From: the human T2T-CHM13v2.0 reference genome, Homo sapiens
Direction: 5' to 3' (one strand)
DNA length: 64,000 nucleotides
NCBI RefSeq assembly: GCF_009914755.1
Contig: NC_060947.1
The translations under genes were made by a program, and so were the position numbers. The notes below the pieces were generated by a model that made no database searches, had not been told where the DNA came from, and saw only the letters and a program-made list of their open reading frames with translations. Positions 1-11,000 of the stretch are shown here, piece by piece (the stretch's first letter is position 1; every line of letters begins with the position of its first letter).

Positions 1-122
1 TTCTGCGAAAAGAATATTTCAAAACTGCTCTATGAAAAGCAATGTTAAACTCTGTGGCTCGAACACAAACATCACAAAGCGGTTTCTGAGAATGTTTCAG
101 TTTAGTTTTTCTGTGGAAATAT

Positions 123-139
123 TCCCGTTTCCAAAGAAA
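123..139 (-). other. Degenerate CENP-B box (repeats in every HOR)
   Basis: TCCCGTTTCCAAAGAAA; core CGAA is changed to AGAA, losing an essential CpG. Confidence 0.8.
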
Positions 140-293
140 TCTTCAAAGAGGTCCACGTATCCACTTACAGATTCTACAAAAAGACAGTTTCAAAACTGCT
201 CCATCAAAAGGAGGGTTCAACTGTGTGACTTGAATGCAATCATCACTCAGAAGTTTCTGAGAATGCTTCTCTTTAGTTTTTACGTGAACATAT

Positions 294-310
294 ACCCGTT
301 TCGAACGAAG
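294..310 (-). promoter_or_regulatory. CENP-B box with intact core (repeats in every HOR)
   Basis: ACCCGTTTCGAACGAAG = reverse complement of CTTCGTTCGAAACGGGT; all nine essential bases (TTCG....A..CGGG) are kept. Confidence 0.85.
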
Positions 311-460
311 GCCACCCAGTGGTCCAAATATCCACTTGCAGATTCTACAGAAAGAGTGTTTCGAACCTGAACTCTCAAAGGAAGGTTCATCTCTGCGAGT
401 TAAATGCATTCATCATGAAGAACTTTCTCAGAGTGTTTGTGTTTAGTTATGGGAAATTAT

Positions 461-477
461 TCCCGTTTCCAACGAAA
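461..477 (-). promoter_or_regulatory. Canonical CENP-B box (intact in 26 of 31 copies)
   Basis: TCCCGTTTCCAACGAAA = reverse complement of TTTCGTTGGAAACGGGA, matching YTTCGTTGGAARCGGGA. Confidence 0.93.
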
Positions 478-802
478 TCCTCAGAGAGCTCCAAATATCC
501 ACCTGCAGATTCTACCAAAAGTGTATTTGGAAACTGCTCCATCAAAAGGCATGTTCAGCTCTGTGAGTGAAACTCCATCATCACAAAGAATATTCTGAGA
601 ATGCTTCCGTTTGCCTTTTATCTGAAGTTCCTTCCTATACGACCGTAGGCCTCAAAGCAGTCCAAATCTCCATTTGCAGATTCTACAAAAAGAGTGATTC
701 CAATCTGCTCTATCAATAGGATTGTTCAACTCCATGAGTTGAATGCCATCCTCACAAAGTCGTTTCTGAGAATGCTTCTATCTAGTTTTTATGTGAAGAT
801 AT

Positions 803-819
803 TTCCTTTTCCACCACAG
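803..819. promoter_or_regulatory. A-box / pJalpha-like motif of an A-type monomer (repeats in every HOR)
   Basis: TTCCTTTTCCACCACAG occupies the CENP-B-box position and is close to the pJalpha motif TTCCTTTTYCACCRTAG. Related A-boxes lie at 632, 1483, 1654 and 2009. Confidence 0.7.
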
Positions 820-973
820 GCCTCAAAGCCCTCCAAACGTCCACTTGCAGATTCTCGAAAAGGAGTGTTTCATAGCTGCTCTTTCGAAAGGAAAGTTCAA
901 CTCTGGGAGTTGAATACAAACATCACAAAGTAGTTTCCGAGAATGCTTCTGTTTAGTTTTTATGTGAAGATGA

Positions 974-990
974 TCCCGTTTCCAGTGAAA
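974..990 (-). other. Degenerate CENP-B box (repeats in every HOR)
   Basis: TCCCGTTTCCAGTGAAA; core CGAA is changed to TGAA. Confidence 0.8.
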
Positions 991-1144
991 TCTTCAAAGA
1001 GGTCCACATATCCCCTTGCAGATTCCAAAGAAAGAGGGTTTCAAAACTGCTCCATCAGAAGGATTGTTCAACTCTGTGAGTTGAATGCAGTCATCGCAGA
1101 AAACTTTCTGAGAATGCTTCTGTCTAGGTTTGATGTGAAGATAT

Positions 1145-1161
1145 AGACGTTTCAAACGAAG
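1145..1161 (-). other. Degenerate CENP-B box (repeats in every HOR)
   Basis: AGACGTTTCAAACGAAG; core CCCG is changed to GACG. Confidence 0.78.
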
Positions 1162-1311
1162 GCTACAAAGTGGTCAAAATATACACTTGCAGATTCTACT
1201 ACAAGGGTGTTGCAAACCTGAACTATCAAAGGAAGGTTCAACTCTGTGAGTTGAATACAAACATCACAAAGAATGTTCTGAGTTTGCTTCCGTTCAGTTA
1301 TGGGAAGTTGA

Positions 1312-1328
1312 TCCCGTTTCCAACGAAA
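1312..1328 (-). promoter_or_regulatory. Canonical CENP-B box (repeats in every HOR)
   Basis: TCCCGTTTCCAACGAAA, exact consensus match on the minus strand. Confidence 0.93.
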
Positions 1329-1822
1329 TCCTCAGAGAGGTCCAAATATCCCCTCGCAGATTCTACAAAACGTGTGTTTGGAAACTGCTCCATCATAACG
1401 AATGTTCAGCTCCCTGAGTTAAACTCCATCGTCACAAAGAATTTTCTGAGAGTGCTACCGTCTGGTTTTTATATGAAGTTCTTTCCTTCACTACCACAGG
1501 CCTCAAAGCGGTCCAAATCTCCACTTGCAGATTCTACAAAAAGAGTGTTTGCAAACTGCTCTATCAAAAGGAATGTTCAACTCTGGGAGTTGAATGCAAT
1601 CATCACAGAGCAGTTTCTGAGAATGCTTCTATGTCGTTTTTAGGAGAAGATATTTCCTTTTCCAACACAGTCCTCCAAGCCCGCTAAATAGCCACTTGCA
1701 CATTGTAGAAAAAGTGTGTCAAAGCTGCGCTATCAAAGGGAAAGTTCAACTCTGTGAGGTGAATGCAAACATCCCAAAGAAGTTTCTGAGAATGCTTCCG
1801 TTTAGCTTTTAGGTGAAGATTA

Positions 1823-1839
1823 TCCCGTTTCCAACGAAA
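1823..1839 (-). promoter_or_regulatory. Canonical CENP-B box (repeats in every HOR)
   Basis: TCCCGTTTCCAACGAAA, exact consensus match on the minus strand. Confidence 0.93.
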
Positions 1840-1868
1840 CCTTCAAAGAGGTCCAAATATCCCCTTGC

Positions 1869-1874
1869 GGATCC
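1869..1874. other. BamHI site, once per HOR (defines the classical 2.0-kb DXZ1 fragment)
   Basis: GGATCC within CTTGCGGATCCCACAG; present in 30 of 31 copies. Confidence 0.9.
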
Positions 1875-1994
1875 CACAGAAAGAGTGTTTCGAAACTGCT
1901 GTTTCAAAAGGAATCTTCAACTCTGTGAGTTGAATGCAATCATCACAAAGAAGTTTCTGACAATGCTTCTCTCTCGTCTTTCTGTGAAGATAAA

Positions 1995-2035
1995 GGAAAA
2001 GGCTTTCAGGCCTTTGCCACCACAGGCCTGAAAGC
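1995..2035. repeat. Overlapping inverted repeats in the 186-bp monomer (repeats in every HOR)
   Basis: GCTTTCAGGCCT (2002-2013) / 10-nt loop / AGGCCTGAAAGC (2024-2035) is a perfect 12-bp dyad. GGAAAAGGC (1995-2003) / TTTCAG / GCCTTTTCC (offset 2010-2018, major allele) is a 9-bp dyad. Confidence 0.88.
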
Positions 2036-5000
2036 GGTCCAAATGTCCACTTGCAGATTCTGCGAAAAGAATATTTCAAAACTGCTCTATGAAAAGCAAT
2101 GTTAAACTCTGCGGCTCGAACACAAACATCACAAAGCGGTTTCTGAGAATGCTTCAGTTTAGTTTTTCTGTGGAAATATTCCCGTTTCCAAAGAAATCTT
2201 CAAAGAGGTCCACGTATCCACTTACAGATTCTACAAAAAGACAGTTTCAAAACTGCTCCATCAAAAGGAGGGTTCAACTGTGTGACTTGAATGCAATCAT
2301 CACTCAGAAGTTTCTGAGAATGCTTCTCTTTAGTTTTTACGTGAACATATACCCGTTTCGAACGAAGGCCACCCAGTGGTCCAAATATCCACTTGCAGAT
2401 TCTACAGAAAGAGTGTTTCGAACCTGAACTCTCAAAGGCAGGTTCATCTCTGCGAGTTAAATGCATTCATCATGAAGAACTTTCTCAGCGTGTTTGTGTT
2501 TAGTTATGGGAAATTATTCCCGTTTCCAACGAAATCCTCAAAGAGCTCCAAATATCCACCTGCAGATTCTACCAAAAGTGTATTTGGAAACTGCTCCATC
2601 AAAAGACATGTTCAGCTCTGTGAGTGAAACTCCATCATCACAAAGAATATTCTGAGAATGCTTCCGTTTGCCTTTTATATGAAGTTCCTTCCTGTACTAC
2701 CGTAGGCCTCAAAGCAGTCCAAATCTCCATTTGCAGATTCTACAAAAAGAGTGATTCCAATCTGCTCTATCAATAGGATTGTTCAACTCCATGAGTTGAA
2801 TGCCATCCTCACAAAGTCGTTTCTGAGAATGCTTCTATCTGGTTTTTGTGTGAAGATATTTCCTTTTCCACCACAGGCCTCAAAGCCCTCCAAACGTCCA
2901 CTTGCAGATTCTCGAAAAAGAGTGTTTTATAGCTGCTCTTTCAAAAGGAAAGTTCAACTCTGGGAGTTGAATACAAACATCACAAAATAGTTTCCGAGAA
3001 TGCTTCTGTTTAGTTTTTATGTGAAGATGATCCCGTTTCCAGTGAAATCTTCAAAGAGGTCCACACATCCCCTTGCAGATTCCAAAGAAAGAGGGTTTAA
3101 AAACTGCTCCATCAGAAGGATTGTTCAACTCTGTGAGTTGAATGCAGTCATCGCAGAAAACTTTCTGAGAATGCTTCTGTCTAGGTTTGATGTGAAGATA
3201 TAGACGTTTCAAACGAAGGCTACAAAGTGGTCAAAATATACACTTGCAGATTCTACTACAAGGGTGTTGCAAACCTGAACTATCAAAGGAAGGTTCAACT
3301 CTGTGAATTGAATACAAACATCACAAAGAATGTTCTGAGTTTGCTTCCGTTCAGTTATGGGAAGTTGATCCCGTTTCCAACGAAATCCTCAGAGAGGTCC
3401 AAATATCCCCTCGCAGATTCTACAAAACGTGTGTTTGGAAACTGCTCCATCATAACGAATGTTCAGCTCCCTGAGTTAAACTCCATCGTCACAAAGAATT
3501 TTCTGAGAGTGCTACCGTCTGGTTTTTATATGAAGTTCTTTCCTTCACTACGACAGGCCTCAAAGCGGTCCAAATCTCCACTTGCAGATTCTACAAAAAG
3601 AGTGTTTGCAAACTGCTCTATCAAAAGGAATGTTCAACTCTGGGAGTTGAATGCAATCATCACAGAGCAGTTTCTGAGAATGCTTCTATGTCGTTTTTAG
3701 GAGAAGATATTTCCTTTTCCAACACAGTCCTCCAAGCCCGCTAAATAGCCACTTGCACATTGTAGAAAAAGTGTGTCAAAGCTGCGCTATCAAAGGGAAA
3801 GTTCAACTCTGTGAGGTGAATGCAAACATCCCAAAGAAGTTTCTGAGAATGCTTCCGTTTAGCTTTTAGGTGAAGATTATCCCGTTTCCAACGAAACCTT
3901 CAAAGAGGTCCAAATATCCCCTTGCGGATCCCACAGAAAGAGTGTTTCAAAACTGCTGTTTCAAAAGGAATCTTCAACTCTGTGAGTTGAATGCAATCAT
4001 CACAAAGAAGTTTCTGACAATGCTTCTCTCTCGTCTTTCTGTGAAGATAAAGGAAAAGGCTTTCAGGCCTTTTCCACCACAGGCCTGAAAGCGCTCCAAA
4101 TGTCCACTTGCAGATTCTGCGAAAAGAATATTTCAAAACTGCTCTATGAAAAGCAATGTTAAACTCTGTGGCTGGAACACAAACATCACAAAGCGGTTTC
4201 TGAGAATGTTTCAGTTTAGTTTTTCTGTGGAAATATTCCCGTTTCCAAAGAAATCTTCAAAGAGGTCCACGTATCCACTTACAGATTCTACAAAAAGACA
4301 GTTTCAAAACTGCTCCATCAAAAGGAGGGTTCAACTGTGTGACTTGAATGCAATCATCACTCAGAAGTTTCTGAGAATGCTTCTCTTTAGTTTTTACGTG
4401 AACATATACCCGTTTCGAACGAAGGCCAGCCAGTGGTCCAAATATCCACTTGCAGATTATACAGAAAGAGTGTTTCGAACCTGAACTCTCAAAGGCAGGT
4501 TCATCTCTGCGAGTTAAATGCATTCATCATGAAGAACTTTCTCAGAGTGTTTGTGCTTAGTTATGGGAAATTATTCCCGTTTCCAACGAAATCCTCAGAG
4601 TGGTCCAAATATCCACTTGCAGATTCTACCAAAAGTGTATTTGGAAACTGCTCCATCAAAAGACATGTTCAGCTCTGTGAGTGAAACTCCATCATCACAA
4701 AGAATATTCTGAGAATGCTTCCGTTTGCCTTTTATCTGAAGTTCCTTCCTATACGACCGTAGGCCTCAAAGCAGTCCAAATCTCCATTTGCAGATTCTAC
4801 AAAAAGAGTGATTCCAATCTGCTCTATCAATAGGATTGTTCAACTCCATGAGTTGAATGCCATCCTCACAAAGTCGTTTCTGAGAATGCTTCTATCTAGT
4901 TTTTATGTGAAGATATTTCCTTTTCCACCACAGGCCTCAAAGCCCTCCAAACGTCCACTTGCAGATTCTCGAAAAAGAGTGTTTTATAGCTGCTCTTTCA

Positions 5001-8000
5001 AAAGGAAAGTTCAACTCTGGGAGTTGAATACAAACATCACAAAGTAGTTTCCGAGAATGCTTCTGTTTAGTTTTTATGTGAAGATGATCCCGTTTCCAGT
5101 GAAATCTTCAAAGAGGTCCACATATCCCCTTGCAGATTCCAAAGAAAGAGGGTTTCAAAACTGCTCCATCAGAAGGATTGTTCAACTCTGTGAGTTGAAT
5201 GCAGTCATCGCAGAAAACTTTCTGAGAATGCTTCTGTCTAGGTTTGATGTGAAGATATAGACGTTTCAAACGAAGGCTACAAAGTGGTCAAAATATACAC
5301 TTGCAGATTCTACTACAAGGGTGTTGCAAACCTGAACTATCAAAGGAAGGTTCAACTCTGTGAGTTGAATACAAACATCACAAAGAATGTTCTGAGTTTG
5401 CTTCCGTTCAGTTATGGGAAGTTGATCCCGTTTCCAACGAAATCCTCAGAGAGGTCCAAATATCCCCTTGCAGATTCTACAAAACGTGTGTTTGGAAACT
5501 GCTCCATCATAACGAATGTTCAGCTCCCTGAGTTAAACTCCATCGTCACAAAGAATTTTCTGAGAGTGCTACCGTCTGGTTTTTATATGAAGTTCTTTCC
5601 TTCACTACCACAGGCCTCAAAGCGGTCCAAATCTCCACTTGCAGATTCTACAAAAAGAGTGTTTGCAAACTGCTCTATCAAAAGGAATGTTCAACTCTGG
5701 GAGTTGAATGCAATCATCACAGAGCAGTTTCTGAGAATGCTTCTATGTCGTTTTTAGGAGAAGATATTTCCTTTTCCAACACAGTCCTCCAAGCCCGCTA
5801 AATAGCCACTTGCACATTGTAGAAAAAGTGTGTCAAAGCTGCGCTATCAAAGGGAAAGTTCAACTCTGTGAGGTGAATGCAAACATCCCAAAGAAGTTTC
5901 TGAGAATGCTTCCGTTTAGCTTTTAGGTGAGGATTATCCCGTTTCCAACGAAACCTTCAAAGAGGTCCAAATATCCCCTTGCGGATCCCACAGAAAGAGT
6001 GTTTCGAAACTGCTGTTTCAAAAGGAATCTTCAACTCTGTGAGTTGAATGCAATCATCACAAAGAAGTTTCTGACAATGCTTCTCTCTCGTCTTTCTGTG
6101 AAGATAAAGGAAAAGGCTTTCAGGCCTTTTCCACCACAGGCCTGAAAGCGCTCCAAATGTCCACTTGCAGATTCTGCGAAAAGAATATTTCAAAACTGCT
6201 CTATGAAAAGCAATGTTAAACTCTGTGGCTCGAACACAAACATCACAAAGCAGTTTCTGAGAATGCTTCAGTTTAGTTTTTCTGTGGAAATATTCCCGTT
6301 TCCAAAGAAATCTTCAAAGAGGTCCACGTATGCACTTACAGATTCTACAAAAAGACAGTTTCAAAACTGCTCCATCAAAAGGAGGGTTCAACTGTGTGAC
6401 TTGAATGCAATCATCACTCAGAAGTTTCTGAGAATGCTTCTCTTTAGTTTTTACGTGAACATATACCCGTTTCGAACGAAGGCCACCCAGTGGTCCAAAT
6501 ATCCACTTGCAGATTCTACAGAAAGAGTGTTTCGAACCTGAACTCTCAAAGGCAGGTTCATCTCTGCGAGTTAAATGCATTCATCATGAAGAACTTTCTC
6601 AGAGTATTTGTGTTTAGTTATGGGAAATTATTCCCGTTTCCAAAGAAATCCTCAGAGAGCTCCAAATATCCACCTGCAGATTCTACCAAAAGTGTATTTG
6701 GAAACTGCTCCATCAAAAGGCATGTTCAGCTCTGTGAGTGAAACTCCATCATCACAAAGAATATTCTGAGAATGCTTCCGTTTGCCTTTTATATGAAGTT
6801 CCTTCCTGTACTACCGTAGGCCTCAAAGCAGTCCAAATCTCCATTTGCAGATTCTACAAAAAGAGTGATTCCAATCTGCTCTATCAATAGGATTGTTCAA
6901 CTCCATGAGTTGAATGCCATCCTCACAAAGTAGTTTCTGAGAATGCTTCTATCTGGTTTTTGTGTGAAGATATTTCCTTTTCCACCACAGGCCTCAAAGC
7001 CCTCCAAACGTCCACTTGCAGATTCTCGAAAAAGAGTGTTTCATAGCTGCTCTTTCAAAAGGAAAGTTCAACTCTGGGAGTTGAATACAAACATCACAAA
7101 ATAGTTTCCGAGAATGCTTCAGTTTAGTTTTTATGTGAAGATGATCCCGTTTCCAGTGAAATCTTCAAAGAGGTCCACATATCCCCTTGCAGATTCCAAA
7201 GAAAGAGGGTTTCAAAACTGCTCCATCAGAAGGATTGTTCAACTCTGTGAGTTGAATGCAGTCATCGCAGAAAACTTTCTGAGAATGCTTCTGTCTAGGT
7301 TTGATGTGAAGATATAGATGTTTCAAACGAAGGCTACAAAGTGGTCAAAATATACACTTTCAGATTCTACTACAAGGGTGTTGCAAACCTGAACTATCAA
7401 AGGAAGGTTCAACTCTGTGAGTTGAATACAAACATCACAAAGAATGTTCTGAGTTTGCTTCCGTTCAGTTATGGGAAGTTGATCCCGTTTCCAACGAAAT
7501 CCTCAGAGAGGTCCAAATATCCCCTTGCAGATTCTACAAAACGTGTGTTTGGAAACTGCTCCATCATAACGAATGTTCAGCTCCCTGAGTTAAACTCCAT
7601 CGTCACAAAGAATTTTCTGAGAGTGCTACCGTCTGGTTTTTATATGAAGTTCTTTCCTTCACTACCACAGGCCTCAAAGCGGTCCAAATCTCCACTTGCA
7701 GATTCTACAAAAAGAGTGTTTGCAAACTGCTCTATCAAAAGGAATGTTCAACTCTGGGAGTTGAATGCAATCATCACAGAGCAGTTTCTGAGAATGCTTC
7801 TATGTCGTTTTTAGGAGAAGATATTTCCTTTTCCAACACAGTCCTCCAAGCCCGCTAAATAGCCACTTGCACATTGTAGAAAAAGTGTGTCAAAGCTGCG
7901 CTATCAAAGGGAAAGTTCAACTCTGTGAGGTGAATGCAAACATCCCAAAGAAGTTTCTGAGAATGCTTCCGTTTAGCTTTTAGGTGAAGATTATCCCGTT

Positions 8001-11000
8001 TCCAACGAAACCTTCAAAGAGGTCCAAATATCCCCTTGCGGATCCCACAGAAAGAGTGTTTCGAAACTGCTGTTTCAAAAGGAATCTTCAACTCTGTGAG
8101 TTGAATGCAATCATCACAAAGAAGTTTCTGACAATGCTTCTCTCTCGTCTTTCTGTGAAGATAAAGGAAAAGGCTTTCAGGCCTTTTCCACCACAGGCCT
8201 GAAAGCGCTCCAAATGTCCACTTGCAGATTCTGCGAAAAGAATATTTCAAAACTGCTCTATGAAAAGCAATGTTAAACTCTGTGGCTCGAACACAAACAT
8301 CACAAAGCAGTTTCTGAGAATGCTTCAGTTTAGTTTTTCTGTGGAAATATTCCCGTTTCCAAAGAAATCTTCAAAGAGGTCCACGTATCCACTTACAGAT
8401 TCTACAAAAAGACAGTTTCAAAACTGCTCCATCAAAAGGAGGGTTCAACTGTGTGACTTGAATGCAATCATCACTCAGAAGTTTCTGAGAATGCTTCTCT
8501 TTAGTTTTTACGTGAACATATACCCGTTTCGAACGAAGGCCACCCAGTGGACCAAATATCCACTTGCAGATTCTACAGAAAGAGTGTTTCGAACCTGAAC
8601 TCTCAAAGGAAGGTTCATCTCTGCGAGTTAAATGCATTCATCATGAAGAACTTTCTCAGCGTGTTTGTGTTTAGTTATGGGAAATTATTCCCGTTTCCAA
8701 AGAAATCCTCAGAGAGCTCCAAATATCCACCTGCAGATTCTACCAAAAGTGTATTTGGAAACTGCTCCATCAAAAGGCATGTTCAGCTCTGTGAGTGAAA
8801 CTCCATCATCACAAAGAATATTCTGAGAATGCTTCCGTTTGCCTTTTATATGAAGTTCCTTCCTGTACTACCGTAGGCCTCAAAGCAGTCCAAATCTCCA
8901 TTTGCAGATTCTACAAAAAGAGTGATTCCAATCTGCTCTATCAATAGGATTGTTCAACTCCATGAGTTGAATGCCATCCTCACAAAGTAGTTTCTGAGAA
9001 TGCTTCTATCTGGTTTTTGTGTGAAGATATTTCCTTTTCCACCACAGGCCTCAAAGCCCTCCAAACGTCCACTTGCAGATTCTCGAAAAAGAGTGTTTCA
9101 TAGCTGCTCTTTCAAAAGGAAAGTTCAACTCTGGGAGTTGAATACAAACATCACAAAATAGTTTCCGAGAATGCTTCTGTTTAGTTTTTATGTGAAGATG
9201 ATCCCGTTTCCAGTGAAATCTTCAAAGAGGTCCACATATCCCCTTGCAGATTCCAAAGAAAGAGGGTTTCAAAACTGCTCCATCAGAAGGATTGTTCAAC
9301 TCTGTGAGTTGAATGCAGTCATCGCAGAAAACTTTCTGAGAATGCTTCTGTCTAGGTTTGATGTGAAGATATAGATATTTCAAACGAAGGCTACAAAGTG
9401 GTCAAAATATACACTTGCAGATTCTACTACAAGGGTGTTGCAAACCTGAACTATCAAAGGAAGGTTCAACTCTGTGAGTTGAATACAAACATCACAAAGA
9501 ATGTTCTGAGTTTGCTTCCGTTCAGTTATGGGAAGTTGATCCCGTTTCCAACGAAATCCTCAGAGAGGTCCAAATATCCCCTTGCAGATTCTACAAAACG
9601 TGTGTTTGGAAACTGCTCCATCATAACGAATGTTCAGCTCCCTGAGTTAAACTCCATCGTCACAAAGAATTTTCTGAGAGTGCTACCGTCTGGTTTTTAT
9701 ATGAAGTTCTTTCCTTCACTACCACAGGCCTCAAAGCGGTCCAAATCTCCACTTGCAGATTCTACAAAAAGAGTGTTTGCAAACTGCTCTATCAAAAGGA
9801 ATGTTCAACTCTGGGAGTTGAATGCAATCATCACAGAGCAGTTTCTGAGAATGCTTCTATGTCGTTTTTAGGAGAAGATATTTCCTTTTCCAACACAATC
9901 CTCCAAGCCCGCTAAATAGCCACTTGCACATTGTAGAAAAAGTGTGTCAAAGCTGCGCTATCAAAGGGAAAGTTCAACTCTGTGAGGTGAATGCAAACAT
10001 CCCAAAGAAGTTTCTGAGAATGCTTCCGTTTAGCTTTTAGGTGAAGATTATCCCGTTTCCAACGAAACCTTCAAAGAGGTCCAAATATCCCCTTGCGGAT
10101 CCCACAGAAAGAGTGTTTCGAAACTGCTGTTTCAAAAGGAATCTTCAACTCTGTGAGTTGAATGCAATCATCACAAAGAAGTTTCTGACAATGCTTCTCT
10201 CTCGTCTTTCTGTGAAGATAAAGGAAAAGGCTTTCAGGCCTTTTCCACCACAGGCCTGAAAGCGCTCCAAATGTCCACTTGCAGATTCTGCCAAAAGAAT
10301 ATTTCAAAACTGCTCTATGAAAAGCAATGTTAAACTCTGTGGCTGGAACACAAACATCACAAAGCGGTTTCTGAGAATGTTTCAGTTTAGTTTTTCTGTG
10401 GAAATATTCCCGTTTCCAAAGAAATCTTCAAAGAGGTCCACGTATCCACTTACAGATTCTACAAAAAGACAGTTTCAAAACTGCTCCATCAAAAGGAGGG
10501 TTCAACTGTGTGACTTGAATGCAATCATCACTCAGAAGTTTCTGAGAATGCTTCTCTTTAGTTTTTACGTGAACATATACCCGTTTCGAACGAAGGCCAC
10601 CCAGTGGTCCAAATATCCACTTGCAGATTATACAGAAAGAGTGTTTCGAACCTGAACTCTCAAAGGCAGGTTCATCTCTGCGAGTTAAATGCATTCATCA
10701 TGAAGAATTTTCTCAGAGTGTTTGTGTTTAGTTATGGGAAATTATTCCCGTTTCCAACGAAATCCTCAGAGAGCTCCAAATATCCACCTGCAGATTCTAC
10801 CAAAAGTGTATTTGGAAACTGCTCCATCAAAAGGCATGTTCAGCTCTGTGAGTGAAACTCCATCATCACAAAGAATATTCTGAGAATGCTTCCGTTTGCC
10901 TTTTACATGAACTTCCTTCCTGTACTACCGTAGGCCTCAAAGCAGTCCAAATCTCCATTTGCAGATTCTACAAAAAGAGTGATTCCAATCTGCTCTATCA

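Larger units (their letters stand above)
123..973 (-). repeat. Ancestral pentamer 1 within the HOR (SF3-type, B-B-B-A-A)
   Basis: 851 bp, paralogous to 974-1822. Both share a 167-bp spacing at the second position and diagnostic strings (ACCTGAACT..CAAAGG.AGGTTCA; AGTTATGGGAA.TT..TCCCG; TTTGGAAACTGCTCCATCA...ATGTTCAGCTC). Confidence 0.85.
974..1822 (-). repeat. Ancestral pentamer 2 within the HOR (SF3-type, B-B-B-A-A)
   Basis: 849-bp diverged paralogue of 123-973. It is followed by two further monomers (1823-2179), giving 5+5+2. Confidence 0.85.
123..2179 (-). repeat. One representative 12-monomer HOR unit, phased on the A/B box
   Basis: Boxes start at 123, 294, 461, 632, 803, 974, 1145, 1312, 1483, 1654, 1823, 2009 and then 2180. 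Spacings are 171,167,171,171,171,171,167,171,171,169,186,171, summing to 2,057. Box-type order is B,B,B,A,A,B,B,B,A,A,B,A. Confidence 0.93.

Noticed and set aside
1170-1643. 157-aa ORF open in all 31 copies
   Set aside because: It starts at GTG, its translation is internally repetitive with the 171-bp (57-codon) monomer period, and it resembles no protein family I recognise. Persistence is explained by the near-identity of the satellite copies.
2002-2035. Hairpin as a rho-independent terminator or structured ncRNA
   Set aside because: The context is eukaryotic satellite with no upstream gene and no adjacent U-tract. Alphoid transcripts exist, but no defined RNA gene can be supported from sequence. 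Kept only as a DNA dyad.
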